In this document: piece after piece, positions 52,960 to 61,157 of the stretch
Numbering within the stretch: position 1 is the first letter of the stretch
Layout of the letters: each line of letters starts with the position of its first letter
DNA from: Methylotenera sp.
GTDB taxonomy: Bacteria > Pseudomonadota > Gammaproteobacteria > Burkholderiales > Methylophilaceae
Length of the DNA stretch: 61,157 nt
Assembly: GCA_023259635.1 (NCBI GenBank)
Contig: JALRGX010000095.1
Location: forward strand, 1-61,157
Direction: 5' to 3'
Notes under the pieces: generated by a model
Databases searched by the model: none
What the model was told of the DNA's origin: nothing
Seen by the model: the letters and a program-made list of their open reading frames with translations, nothing else
Position numbers and translations under genes: made by a program

Positions 52960-53947
52960 ATTCAGTGGCCAGGCTATCTTCTTTGGTAAACGTCCAAGTT
53001 CTGGTAATACTTAATATATCGACTTCCTTGCGTATATCTTCCGGGAACTGCGCATATGGCTCCCCTAGCTCAACAATATGTCTGGCAGCTGCATCCAGCA
53101 CCTTATGCCCGGAACTGCGATTAATTTCTATGGATTCCACACTGCCATCAGACTTGATTGATACAGTCAGCTGCAACTGACCGTAAAGTTTCTGGTCACG
53201 CGCTGCTTCCGGATAATTCAGTTTGCCGATCTTCTCTACTTTCTGCCGCCAGGCTTCCACATAAAGTGCATATTTATATTCTTTAGTGCGTCCACCTACA
53301 AATTTACGTTTCGGCCGTTTTTGGTATTCATCCTGTTGCTTGGAAATAATGGCCTCCAGCTTTTCCATTTCCAGTGCTGCAGTTGCAATTTTTTGCAGAT
53401 CAATTTTTCTCTCTGGCACTGGCTGATCTTCGGCTTGCACTTCCTTGGCAGCCGCTTTCTGCACCTGCTGTGACTTTACGACTTTGGTAGCCTTGATTTG
53501 CGTCATTAACTCCTGCGCCTGTTTTTCCAGCTGGGCAACACGTTTCTGTTCGCGTGCTTCACTAGCCTTCTGGATAGTGGCCTGCGCGGCCTGCTTGCTA
53601 TTTGCAACCGGTTTAGGCGTGGGCTGGGATTTCTGCGACTTCAATACAGGCAGCGCGGTTTTCATCTTGCGGTCCAGCTCTGTATTACCACCGCGGTCTA
53701 GATTAGCTTGCGCATAAACTTCGGTGTTATCAGGCCTGGACTGTGTTTTTGCATTAACCAGCACTACATTGAGTATCGCCAGGTTATCCTTGAATTTATT
53801 GAGCTGCGGCTCAAAATGGATACTCAGCAGAACAATATGAAACAAGACCGAAAACCATAGCGCAATACTTAACCCGCTCATGGATTTAAGTTTGGATATG
53901 AGTGATCTCATCTGTTTTAGTCCGGTCCCGATACGCACTGATGTCAA
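52958..53947 (-). CDS. TonB C-terminal domain protein (start probably at 53911 or 53881)
   Basis: SVLFH TM anchor, AQANLDRGG, NYPEAAR, SSGHKVLDAAA, ITRTWTF. Confidence 0.85.
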   Translation of the reverse strand: MTSVRIGTGLKQMRSLISKLKSMSGLSIALWFSVLFHIVLLSIHFEPQLNKFKDNLAILNVVLVNAKTQSRPDNTEVYAQANLDRGGNTELDRKMKTALPVLKSQKSQPTPKPVANSKQAAQATIQKASEAREQKRVAQLEKQAQELMTQIKATKVVKSQQVQKAAAKEVQAEDQPVPERKIDLQKIATAALEMEKLEAIISKQQDEYQKRPKRKFVGGRTKEYKYALYVEAWRQKVEKIGKLNYPEAARDQKLYGQLQLTVSIKSDGSVESIEINRSSGHKVLDAAARHIVELGEPYAQFPEDIRKEVDILSITRTWTFTKEDSLATE

Positions 53948-53958
53948 ATTCCGCTACT

Positions 53959-55353
53959 TTACACAGCAGATTTTAATGCGTCGAGCAGCTTTTGATGAAT
54001 ACCGCCGAAACCGCCATTGCTCATTACCAGTACATGGTCACCGGTTTTTGCTGCCTGCACAATTGCTGTTACCAGCTGATTCAAGTCATCATGCACCTGG
54101 GTCCTGGTACTTATCGGTGCCAGTGCCTCTATTGCATCCCAGCCCAGATTTGCCTGGTAACAAAACACCAGGTCAGCATCCTTTAAACTTGCCGGCAATG
54201 CACTCTTCATGACACCCAATTTCATTGTATTGGAACGCGGTTCCAGTACCGCCAGGATTCTCGCCGTGCCTACTTTGCCACGCAAACCCGCCACTGTAGT
54301 TTCAATTGCTGTGGGATGGTGGGCAAAATCATCGTACACGCTGATACCATTCACCACACCGCGCAGCTCCATGCGGCGCTTTACATTACGAAACTCGCTT
54401 AATGCGGCAATACTGACATCAACTGCAACACCGGCATGACGCGCCGCGGCTATACTGGCCAGTGCATTCATGCGGTTATGCTCACCTAGTAGGCCCCATG
54501 CTACTCGGCCTTGCAGCTTACCCTGACCTTTATCATCAAAATACATAACATCAAAACTGCCATCACCATGCGCATTGTCAGCTTGCCAATCATCATCGGT
54601 GCCGAATTTTTCTACCGGCGTCCAGCAGCCTTTATCGATCACGCGTTGCAGACTCACCTCTTTACCATTGACCACCACCAGCCCTTGCTGGGGCACGGTG
54701 CGTACCAAATGGTGAAACTGCTTTTCGATCGCAGCCAAGTCTTCAAAGATATCCGCATGATCAAATTCAAGATTATTCAGCACGGCTGTGCGTGGGCGGT
54801 AATGAACAAACTTGGAACGTTTGTCGAAAAAGGCGGTGTCGTATTCGTCCGCCTCAATCACAAAAAACGGTGAAGTGCTGTTTGCATCTTGTATCGGCGT
54901 TTGTGGCAGCCTTGCCGATACGCCAAAATTCTCCGGCACACCGCCAATCAAGAAACCCGGTGCCAGGCCTGCATATTCCAATATCCATGCCAGCATCGAG
55001 CTGGTCGTAGTCTTGCCATGCGTACCGGCAACAGCCAGCACCCACTTACCCTGCAGTACATTCTCGGCCAGCCACTGCGGGCCTGAAATATAAGGCAAAC
55101 CGCGATTCAGAATTTCTTCCATCAGCGGGTTACCGCGTGATACCACATTGCCAATGACGTAAATATCAGGGTTAAGCTTAGTCTGCTCCGGAGAAAAGCC
55201 TTCAATCAGCGCTATGCCCTGTGCCTCCAGCTGTGTACTCATCGGCGGATAGACATTGGCATCGCAACCCGTGACCTTGTGCCCCGCCTGTTTTGCCAAC
55301 ACGGCAATACCGCCCATGAATGTACCGCAGATACCTAAAATGTGGATATGCAT
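53959..55353 (-). CDS. mpl: Murein peptide ligase
   Basis: MHIHILGICGTFMG, GTHGKTTT, EADEYDTAFFDK, DDFAHHP. Confidence 0.96.
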   Translation of the reverse strand: MHIHILGICGTFMGGIAVLAKQAGHKVTGCDANVYPPMSTQLEAQGIALIEGFSPEQTKLNPDIYVIGNVVSRGNPLMEEILNRGLPYISGPQWLAENVLQGKWVLAVAGTHGKTTTSSMLAWILEYAGLAPGFLIGGVPENFGVSARLPQTPIQDANSTSPFFVIEADEYDTAFFDKRSKFVHYRPRTAVLNNLEFDHADIFEDLAAIEKQFHHLVRTVPQQGLVVVNGKEVSLQRVIDKGCWTPVEKFGTDDDWQADNAHGDGSFDVMYFDDKGQGKLQGRVAWGLLGEHNRMNALASIAAARHAGVAVDVSIAALSEFRNVKRRMELRGVVNGISVYDDFAHHPTAIETTVAGLRGKVGTARILAVLEPRSNTMKLGVMKSALPASLKDADLVFCYQANLGWDAIEALAPISTRTQVHDDLNQLVTAIVQAAKTGDHVLVMSNGGFGGIHQKLLDALKSAV

Positions 55354-55386
55354 AATTTTCTAATTATTATTTAAATCAAGTTTTAG

Positions 55387-58300
55387 TTAACCCAAATTCG
55401 GTGCCAGCCAGCGCTCCAGGTATTCTTTCGGCAGGCCTCTGCGTTTTGCCATGTCCAGCAGCTGGTCTTCACCAATTTTATCAACACTGAAGTACTTGGC
55501 ATCTTTATGTGCAAAATAGAAACCTGACACGGCTGCTGCAGGCTGCATCGCAAATGAATCAGTCAGCGACATGCCGACTTCGTCACATTGCAGCAACTTG
55601 AACATATCAGGTTTCACGGTATGGTCCGGGCAGGCCGGATACCCTGGTGCCGGACGGATGCCCTGATACTGCTCCTTAATCAGCGCTTCGACTTCCAGGT
55701 GTTCACCAGCCGCATAACCCCATAAATCGGTACGCACACGTTCATGCATATATTCGGCAAAGGCTTCTGCCAGACGGTCTGCCAGTGACTTGAACATAAT
55801 CGCACTGTAATCATCGTGCGCTGCTTCAAACTGGGCAAGACGCTTTTCCATACCCATGCCGGCACTTACGGCAAACAGGCCAATGTAGTCATCGGTTCCC
55901 TTAGGTGCAATAAAATCGCTCAGGCATTGGTTAGGGCGCGCTACGCCATCAATCACCGGTTTCACCGTCTGCTGGCGCATACCGTACCAGGTGAACGCAA
56001 CTTCACCGCGGTTTTCGTCAGTGTAGATTTCGATATCGTCATCATTGACGGTGTTGGCCGGCATCAATGCAATCACGCCACTGGCGCTTAACCAACGACC
56101 ATCGATGATCTTCTTCAACATGGCTTGCGCCTCGTTGAATACTTTAGTTGCCGCCTCACCCACTACTTTATCCGCCAAAATGGCAGGATAAGAACCGGCA
56201 AGGTCCCAGGTCTGGAAGAATGGCGACCAGTCAATATATTGCGCAATCAGCGCCAGATCAATGTTCTTGAACACGCGGCGGCCGATAAATTTGGGTTTGA
56301 CCGGCGCAGCGTCTCCATCAAACGCAAGTTTGGCTTTATTGGCGCGCGCCTGCTCAAGCGTCAGTAATGGCGTGCCTTTTTTATTGGCATGCTGGTTGCG
56401 CGCTTTTTCATAATCCGCCTGCACTTCAGCAATGTAGTTATCTTTGGTTTCCGGCGTGAGCAATGATTGCATCACGGCTACCGAACGTGAAGCATCCGGC
56501 ACATAGATTACCGGGCCATCATAATGCGGTGCGATTTTCACTGCGGTATGCGCGCGTGATGTAGTAGCGCCACCAATCAACAGCGGTGTTTTCAAGCCGC
56601 TGAAATGTGGGTCACGCTGCATCTCTCTGGCAACATAGGCCATTTCCTCAAGCGACGGCGTAATCAAGCCTGACAAGCCGATAATATCGGCATTCTCGGC
56701 TTTGGCCATTGCCAGAATCTCGGCCGCCGGCACCATCACACCCATGTTGACCACTTCAAAGTTATTACATTGCAGCACCACAGAAACAATGTTCTTGCCG
56801 ATATCGTGGACGTCACCTTTAACGGTGGCGATTACCACCTTACCTTTAGGCTTGGCCACAATACCGGTGCGTTTTTCTTCAAGCGCTTTTTCTTCTTCAA
56901 TAAACGGGATCAGGTGCGCAACTGCCTGCTTCATGACACGCGCAGACTTCACCACCTGCGGCAGGAACATCTTGCCCTGGCCGAACAAATCACCCACCAC
57001 ATTCATGCCGTCCATGAGCGGACCTTCAATGACATGAATCGGGCGACCGCCGTTATTCATGACTTGCAGTCGCGCTTCTTCAGTATCCTCTACAATAAAC
57101 TCGGTGATGCCATGCACCATGGCATGTGTCAGGCGCTTTTGCACAGTGACCGGGTTTTCAGGCGTACCGCGCCATTCCAGCGTAGCTTCTTCTTTCTTGC
57201 CGCCGGCTTTTAACGTACCGGCAATCTCGATCATGCGCTCGGTGGCATCTGGCCTGCGATTCAACACCACATCTTCTACGCGCTCACGCAGTTCAGGCTC
57301 CAGATCGTCATACACCCCCATCATGCCGGCATTGACGATACCCATGGTCATACCCGCCTTGATGGCATGGTAGAGGAATACAGTGTGAATCGCCTCACGT
57401 GCGGGGTCGTTACCACGGAAGCTGAAACTGACATTGGAAACACCGCCGGAAATTTTGGCATGCCGCAGGTTTTCCTTAATCCAGCGCGTAGCATTAATAA
57501 AATCTACCGCGTAGTTGTTATGCTCTTCGATACCCGTAGCGATTGCGAAAATGTTGGGGTCAAAGATAATATCTTCCGGTGGAAAATCGATTTCCTGCAC
57601 CAGTAAATCATAGGCACGCTTACAGATTTCGATCTTGCGCTCATAAGTATCGGCCTGGCCTTTTTCGTCAAACGCCATCACAATCACCGCTGCGCCATAA
57701 CGGCGGCACAGTTTGGCCTGACGTAAAAATTCCGCTTCACCTTCTTTCATCGAAATCGAGTTTACAATGGCTTTACCCTGCACACACTTCAAGCCAGCCT
57801 CGATTACAGACCACTTGGAAGAGTCAATCATGATCGGTACACGTGCAATATCTGGCTCGGAAGCGATCAGGTTCAGGAAGTGCGTCATCGCCTTAACGGC
57901 GTCCAGCATGCCTTCGTCCATATTGATATCAATGACCTGCGCGCCATTTTCCACCTGCTGACGTGCCACGCTCAGCGCTTCTTCAAATTGTTCATTGATA
58001 ATCATGCGCGCAAAAGCTTTACTGCCAGTCACATTGGTGCGCTCACCCACGTTTACGAACAGGGAGTTGTCATCAATGATGAACGGCTCCAGGCCGGATA
58101 ACCTTGTATATGGGGCTACTTCCGGCACCTGGCGCGGCGGCAGGTCTTTAATGGCTTCATAAATCGCGTTAATATGTGCTGGCGTTGTACCACAACAGCC
58201 ACCGGCAATATTCACAAAACCGCTTTGTGCAAACTCTTTCACCAGGCTTGAAGTGACATCCGGCGTTTCATCAAAACCGGTGTCGCTCATTGGATTAGGC

Positions 58301-59160
58301 AAGCCTGCATTCGGGTAGATACATACAAAAGTATCGGCGATTTTCGACAACTCTTCAGCATACGGGCGCATCAATGTTGCACCTAAAGCACAATTCAAAC
58401 CAATGGTCAGCGGTTTGGCATGGCGCACGGAATGCCAGAATGCCGTAACAGTCTGGCCTGAAAGAATGCGGCCGGACGCGTCAGTAACGGTGCCTGATAT
58501 CATAATCGGCAGCGTATGGCCAACTTCTTCAAAAAAGCTATCAATTGCAAACAAGGCCGCTTTACAGTTGAGCGTATCAAAAATAGTTTCAACCATCAGG
58601 ATATCGGCACCGCCATCCACCAAGCCGCGCACTTGTTCATAGTAAGCGGTTACCAACTGATCGAAATTCACATTACGTGCTGCCGGATTATTCACGTCAG
58701 GTGAAATGGAAGCGGTCTTGGGTGTCGGGCCTAAAGCGCCGGCAACAAAGCGTGGTTTATCCGGCGTACTGTATTTGGCACAGGCTGCCTTGGCGAGCTT
58801 GGCAGCCTCTACGTTCATCTCGTAAACGAGATGCGCCATGTAATAATCATCCTGCGCGACGCTGGTTGCACCAAAAGTATTGGTTTCAATAATATCTGCA
58901 CCGGCCGCCAGGTATTTCTCATGAATCTCCTGAATAATGTGTGGCTGTGTTAAGGTCAGCAACTCATTATTACCCTTCACGAATAGTTCACGCTCACCTG
59001 CCGGCGCTTTGAAACCTGCAAAACGTTCGCCACGGTAATCCATCTCAGTCAGCTTGTACTGCTGAATCATCGTGCCCATTGCGCCATCCAGTATGAGGAT
59101 GCGCTGTGCGAGCAATGCTCTAAGCGTGTTTTCAGTGGCGGATATTATTCTGTTGTACAT
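55387..59160 (-). CDS. metH: Cobalamin-dependent methionine synthase
   Basis: [37 protein letters not shown]. Confidence 0.98.
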   Translation of the reverse strand: MYNRIISATENTLRALLAQRILILDGAMGTMIQQYKLTEMDYRGERFAGFKAPAGERELFVKGNNELLTLTQPHIIQEIHEKYLAAGADIIETNTFGATSVAQDDYYMAHLVYEMNVEAAKLAKAACAKYSTPDKPRFVAGALGPTPKTASISPDVNNPAARNVNFDQLVTAYYEQVRGLVDGGADILMVETIFDTLNCKAALFAIDSFFEEVGHTLPIMISGTVTDASGRILSGQTVTAFWHSVRHAKPLTIGLNCALGATLMRPYAEELSKIADTFVCIYPNAGLPNPMSDTGFDETPDVTSSLVKEFAQSGFVNIAGGCCGTTPAHINAIYEAIKDLPPRQVPEVAPYTRLSGLEPFIIDDNSLFVNVGERTNVTGSKAFARMIINEQFEEALSVARQQVENGAQVIDINMDEGMLDAVKAMTHFLNLIASEPDIARVPIMIDSSKWSVIEAGLKCVQGKAIVNSISMKEGEAEFLRQAKLCRRYGAAVIVMAFDEKGQADTYERKIEICKRAYDLLVQEIDFPPEDIIFDPNIFAIATGIEEHNNYAVDFINATRWIKENLRHAKISGGVSNVSFSFRGNDPAREAIHTVFLYHAIKAGMTMGIVNAGMMGVYDDLEPELRERVEDVVLNRRPDATERMIEIAGTLKAGGKKEEATLEWRGTPENPVTVQKRLTHAMVHGITEFIVEDTEEARLQVMNNGGRPIHVIEGPLMDGMNVVGDLFGQGKMFLPQVVKSARVMKQAVAHLIPFIEEEKALEEKRTGIVAKPKGKVVIATVKGDVHDIGKNIVSVVLQCNNFEVVNMGVMVPAAEILAMAKAENADIIGLSGLITPSLEEMAYVAREMQRDPHFSGLKTPLLIGGATTSRAHTAVKIAPHYDGPVIYVPDASRSVAVMQSLLTPETKDNYIAEVQADYEKARNQHANKKGTPLLTLEQARANKAKLAFDGDAAPVKPKFIGRRVFKNIDLALIAQYIDWSPFFQTWDLAGSYPAILADKVVGEAATKVFNEAQAMLKKIIDGRWLSASGVIALMPANTVNDDDIEIYTDENRGEVAFTWYGMRQQTVKPVIDGVARPNQCLSDFIAPKGTDDYIGLFAVSAGMGMEKRLAQFEAAHDDYSAIMFKSLADRLAEAFAEYMHERVRTDLWGYAAGEHLEVEALIKEQYQGIRPAPGYPACPDHTVKPDMFKLLQCDEVGMSLTDSFAMQPAAAVSGFYFAHKDAKYFSVDKIGEDQLLDMAKRRGLPKEYLERWLAPNLG

Positions 59161-59287
59161 AAATAAAACGATGGATTTGACTTAAGATGGAATTGTATCA
59201 CTTGCTTGGGAAAGGCTTCTCAATATTGCGAGAATACATGATGGTTATTGCGATTTAACTTGCCAACAAATCTTGCCATTGCAGCAA

Positions 59288-59329
59288 GACATCAGGGCAG
59301 GCAAAAAGATAATCGCCTGCCCTGATGTC
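59288..59329. terminator. Long hairpin downstream of the AsmA-like gene
   Basis: gacatcagggcaggc-N12-gcctgccctgatgtc, a perfect 15-bp stem with only a weak U-tract. Confidence 0.5.
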
Positions 59330-59372
59330 AAAAACCATCAAAACCAAAGATAATATTAAAACAAGAGAATTG

Positions 59373-60095
59373 CTAAAACAGGCTTTTAATCTTATCCGCA
59401 GCGCCGCCAGCCGCCTTGCCTATCGTCTCTCCAGCCTGCTGGGCGGCCTTGCCTAATTTGTCAAAACTCACTGCTTTGGTAAGTTGTTTTTTCATAGCGC
59501 CAGCAATTCTCTGTCCAAGCTCTCCCGGCGTGATGCCACCTTCGGCTTTGCCTATATTGCGCATTGTTAAAGGTGGCAGATCTACAGCCACAGTTTCACC
59601 ATTCATGAATGGTGCAGCTGCCTGTGCTTTAGAGTCACGCATTTTGAACTCTTCTACTATCAGTTTTTTACCTTGTGAAGACGCATTATCAGAAGGCCCT
59701 ACATAATCTGCAATATTTTTCTGAATTACATCGAAGTTGGTCTTGCTGTCGCCTTTTTCATAAATCACTTCAGGCGCGATAATGGCAATTTTTTTCACAG
59801 TGATCACATCGCCGGTAATACTTGCCGGATCGAGCGCTACCGTAAACTCCTTCACTCTCAATGCATAGGGCGTATTAAAGCCGTTAGGATTGCCCACTAC
59901 AAAATCACTAATGACGCCCTCACCATTCACCGCGTCGATTTTGACACTGCCTACACTTACCTTGGCTTGCGTCATTTCACTGCCATATTTAGCGATTGCA
60001 TCACGCACCAGCCCATCCAGGTTGTTACGCAGCCAAAATAGAGCACCCGCAACTATTGCAATAAAAATAAATAGCGCAATTCCAATCTTTTTCAT
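59373..60095 (-). CDS. Short AsmA/DUF748-like membrane-anchored protein
   Basis: N-terminal TM, V.VGSV.I, VGNP.GF, TNF pattern typical of the AsmA-like N-terminal region. Confidence 0.6.
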   Translation of the reverse strand: MKKIGIALFIFIAIVAGALFWLRNNLDGLVRDAIAKYGSEMTQAKVSVGSVKIDAVNGEGVISDFVVGNPNGFNTPYALRVKEFTVALDPASITGDVITVKKIAIIAPEVIYEKGDSKTNFDVIQKNIADYVGPSDNASSQGKKLIVEEFKMRDSKAQAAAPFMNGETVAVDLPPLTMRNIGKAEGGITPGELGQRIAGAMKKQLTKAVSFDKLGKAAQQAGETIGKAAGGAADKIKSLF

Positions 60096-60165
60096 TTCTT
60101 AATTTACTCCTTGTAATAAACGCATCCTGCTATCAATCAAATGATGTGGAAAACACTTCCATCCA

Positions 60166-60753
60166 TCAGATACCATGCCTTCTATATTGAATAGCTTCTG
60201 CAATATGGACAGGCTGAATATCAGTAACATCGCTCAAATCTGCAATAGTACGCGCTACCTTTAATATGCGATGATAAGCACGCGCAGAGAGATTAAGCTT
60301 CGAGATAGCCGTTTTCAGCAGCGCGAGACCAGCATCATCCGGCTGGCAGAACTGTTCGATTTCCGCTGTACCAAGCGCGAAATTTGCCTTGCCCTGACGC
60401 AGCAACTGGATTTCACGCGCCTGCTCTACCCTTGCGCGTATAACATCACTGTTTTCTGCCGTTTGCGCACGCGTAAGCTCATCTTCCTTCAGTGCAGAAA
60501 CTTCAATATGCAGGTCTATACGATCCAGCAATGGTCCTGATATCTTGGCTTTATAACGTGTTACCTGATCCGGTGTGCAACGGCATTTATTATTATGGTG
60601 TCCCAGATAACCGCATGGGCAAGGGTTCATTGCAGCAATCAGCTGGAATTGGGCCGGGAAATCCGCCTGCCTTGCGGCACGCGAAATCGTAATCTGCCCG
60701 CTCTCCAGTGGTTCACGCAGCACCTCAAGTACTTTGCGGTCAAATTCGGGCAT
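60166..60753 (-). pseudogene. comM: 3' portion of comM (YifB/Mg-chelatase-like AAA+ ATPase), interrupted by an insertion
   Basis: PEF..KVLEVLREPLESG, AAMNPCPCG, ISGPLLDRID, LSARAYHRILKVARTIADL. Homology stops at the LDE(L/M)PEF Walker-B motif and upstream DNA is AT-rich and non-coding. Confidence 0.9.
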
Positions 60754-60917
60754 TTTGCTTTATTAGTCTATTTAGCACAACAAGTTGTCCAAAACTCAAA
60801 GAAAGTTTCCCATGAATCATAATCTTTTTATTCATTATTGTCGTAACCTTTTAGGTAACGATTGAAACTTTTTGAGTAACATTGGTAAAACAATCTATAT
60901 ACATTCAGTATAATTTA

Positions 60918-60957
60918 TCATAACATATAATTATTCATAACATATAATTATTCATAA
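60918..60957. repeat. 17-bp tandem repeat in the promoter region of the regulator
   Basis: tcataacatataattat twice plus tcataa; TATAAT at 60909, 60926 and 60943. Confidence 0.85.
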
Positions 60958-60968
60958 GGTGCTGTGTG

Positions 60969-61157
60969 ATGGCTAACAAACTAGATCCTCAGCGATTGCA
61001 CTTGTTGGAATTGCTACTTCGATGGGAAGGTCAGATTGGTAATGCTCGTTTAAGGCTAATGCTGGGACTCAGCTCTATAAGAGCAAGTCAATGGCTTAGG
61101 GAGTTTAGAGAGTATCAGCCCAACTGGACGCAGTGGAACAGCATCTCACGTAGCTTT
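60969..61157 (+). CDS. CapW/BrxR-like transcriptional regulator, N-terminal winged HTH only (partial)
   Basis: Not in the ORF track. MANKLDPQRLHLLELLLRWEGQIGNARLRLMLGLSSIRASQWLREFRE... matches the R...E....WEG....L...G.S...AS pattern of CapW-family N-termini; the WYL domain itself is outside the window. Confidence 0.75.
   Translation, partial: MANKLDPQRLHLLELLLRWEGQIGNARLRLMLGLSSIRASQWLREFREYQPNWTQWNSISRSF

Larger units (their letters stand above)
60754..61157. mobile_element. Terminal segment of a genomic island inserted in comM
   Basis: Abrupt end of comM coding, drop in GC, inverted and tandem repeats, start of a CapW-like gene; no recombinase within the window. Confidence 0.75.

Noticed and set aside
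59161-59372. Possible SAH, SAM or cobalamin riboswitch upstream of metH
   Set aside because: No consensus motifs found by eye; only a simple hairpin
60740-60800. Tn7-like transposon end at the comM junction
   Set aside because: No terminal TGT and no clear repeated TnsB-type sites at the boundary; the element class is left open
60901-60957. Possible CRISPR remnant
   Set aside because: The repeats are directly adjacent with no spacers, and no cas genes are present

Overview
A mostly housekeeping chromosomal segment from a betaproteobacterium; gene order and protein sequences suggest Methylophilaceae, Methylotenera-like (inference, no search run). Left to right it carries ahpC (partial, with an OxyR-type site), an orphan soxYZ pair, bepA, moaC, a MASE1-PAS-GGDEF-EAL gene, trpE with an unannotated Trp leader peptide, gph, rpe, hemA-prfA-prmC, metX-metW-ampG, xth/pyrE, gatCAB, mreBCD-mrdA-rodA-rlpA-dacA-ybeD-lipB-lipA, gshAB followed by apbE/NusG-II/Gx-transporter genes, a type IV minor-pilin/pilY1 cluster, lptM-lysA, purU, ispH, a degenerate tRNA-Thr(CGT), nudB, a Bacillus-type nadA, HIT, ferredoxin, tonB-like, mpl and metH. 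At the right edge comM is cut at its Walker-B motif by an AT-rich insert that begins with a CapW/BrxR-like regulator. This is probably the boundary of a defence-carrying island lying mostly outside the window. The most unusual signal inside the window is four 101-141 bp intergenic fold-back elements with unrelated arms but a shared core (CAAGGC ... AGTAY-N5-RTAC ... AACRCMG), resembling Rickettsia palindromic elements. No CRISPR array or transposase was seen.
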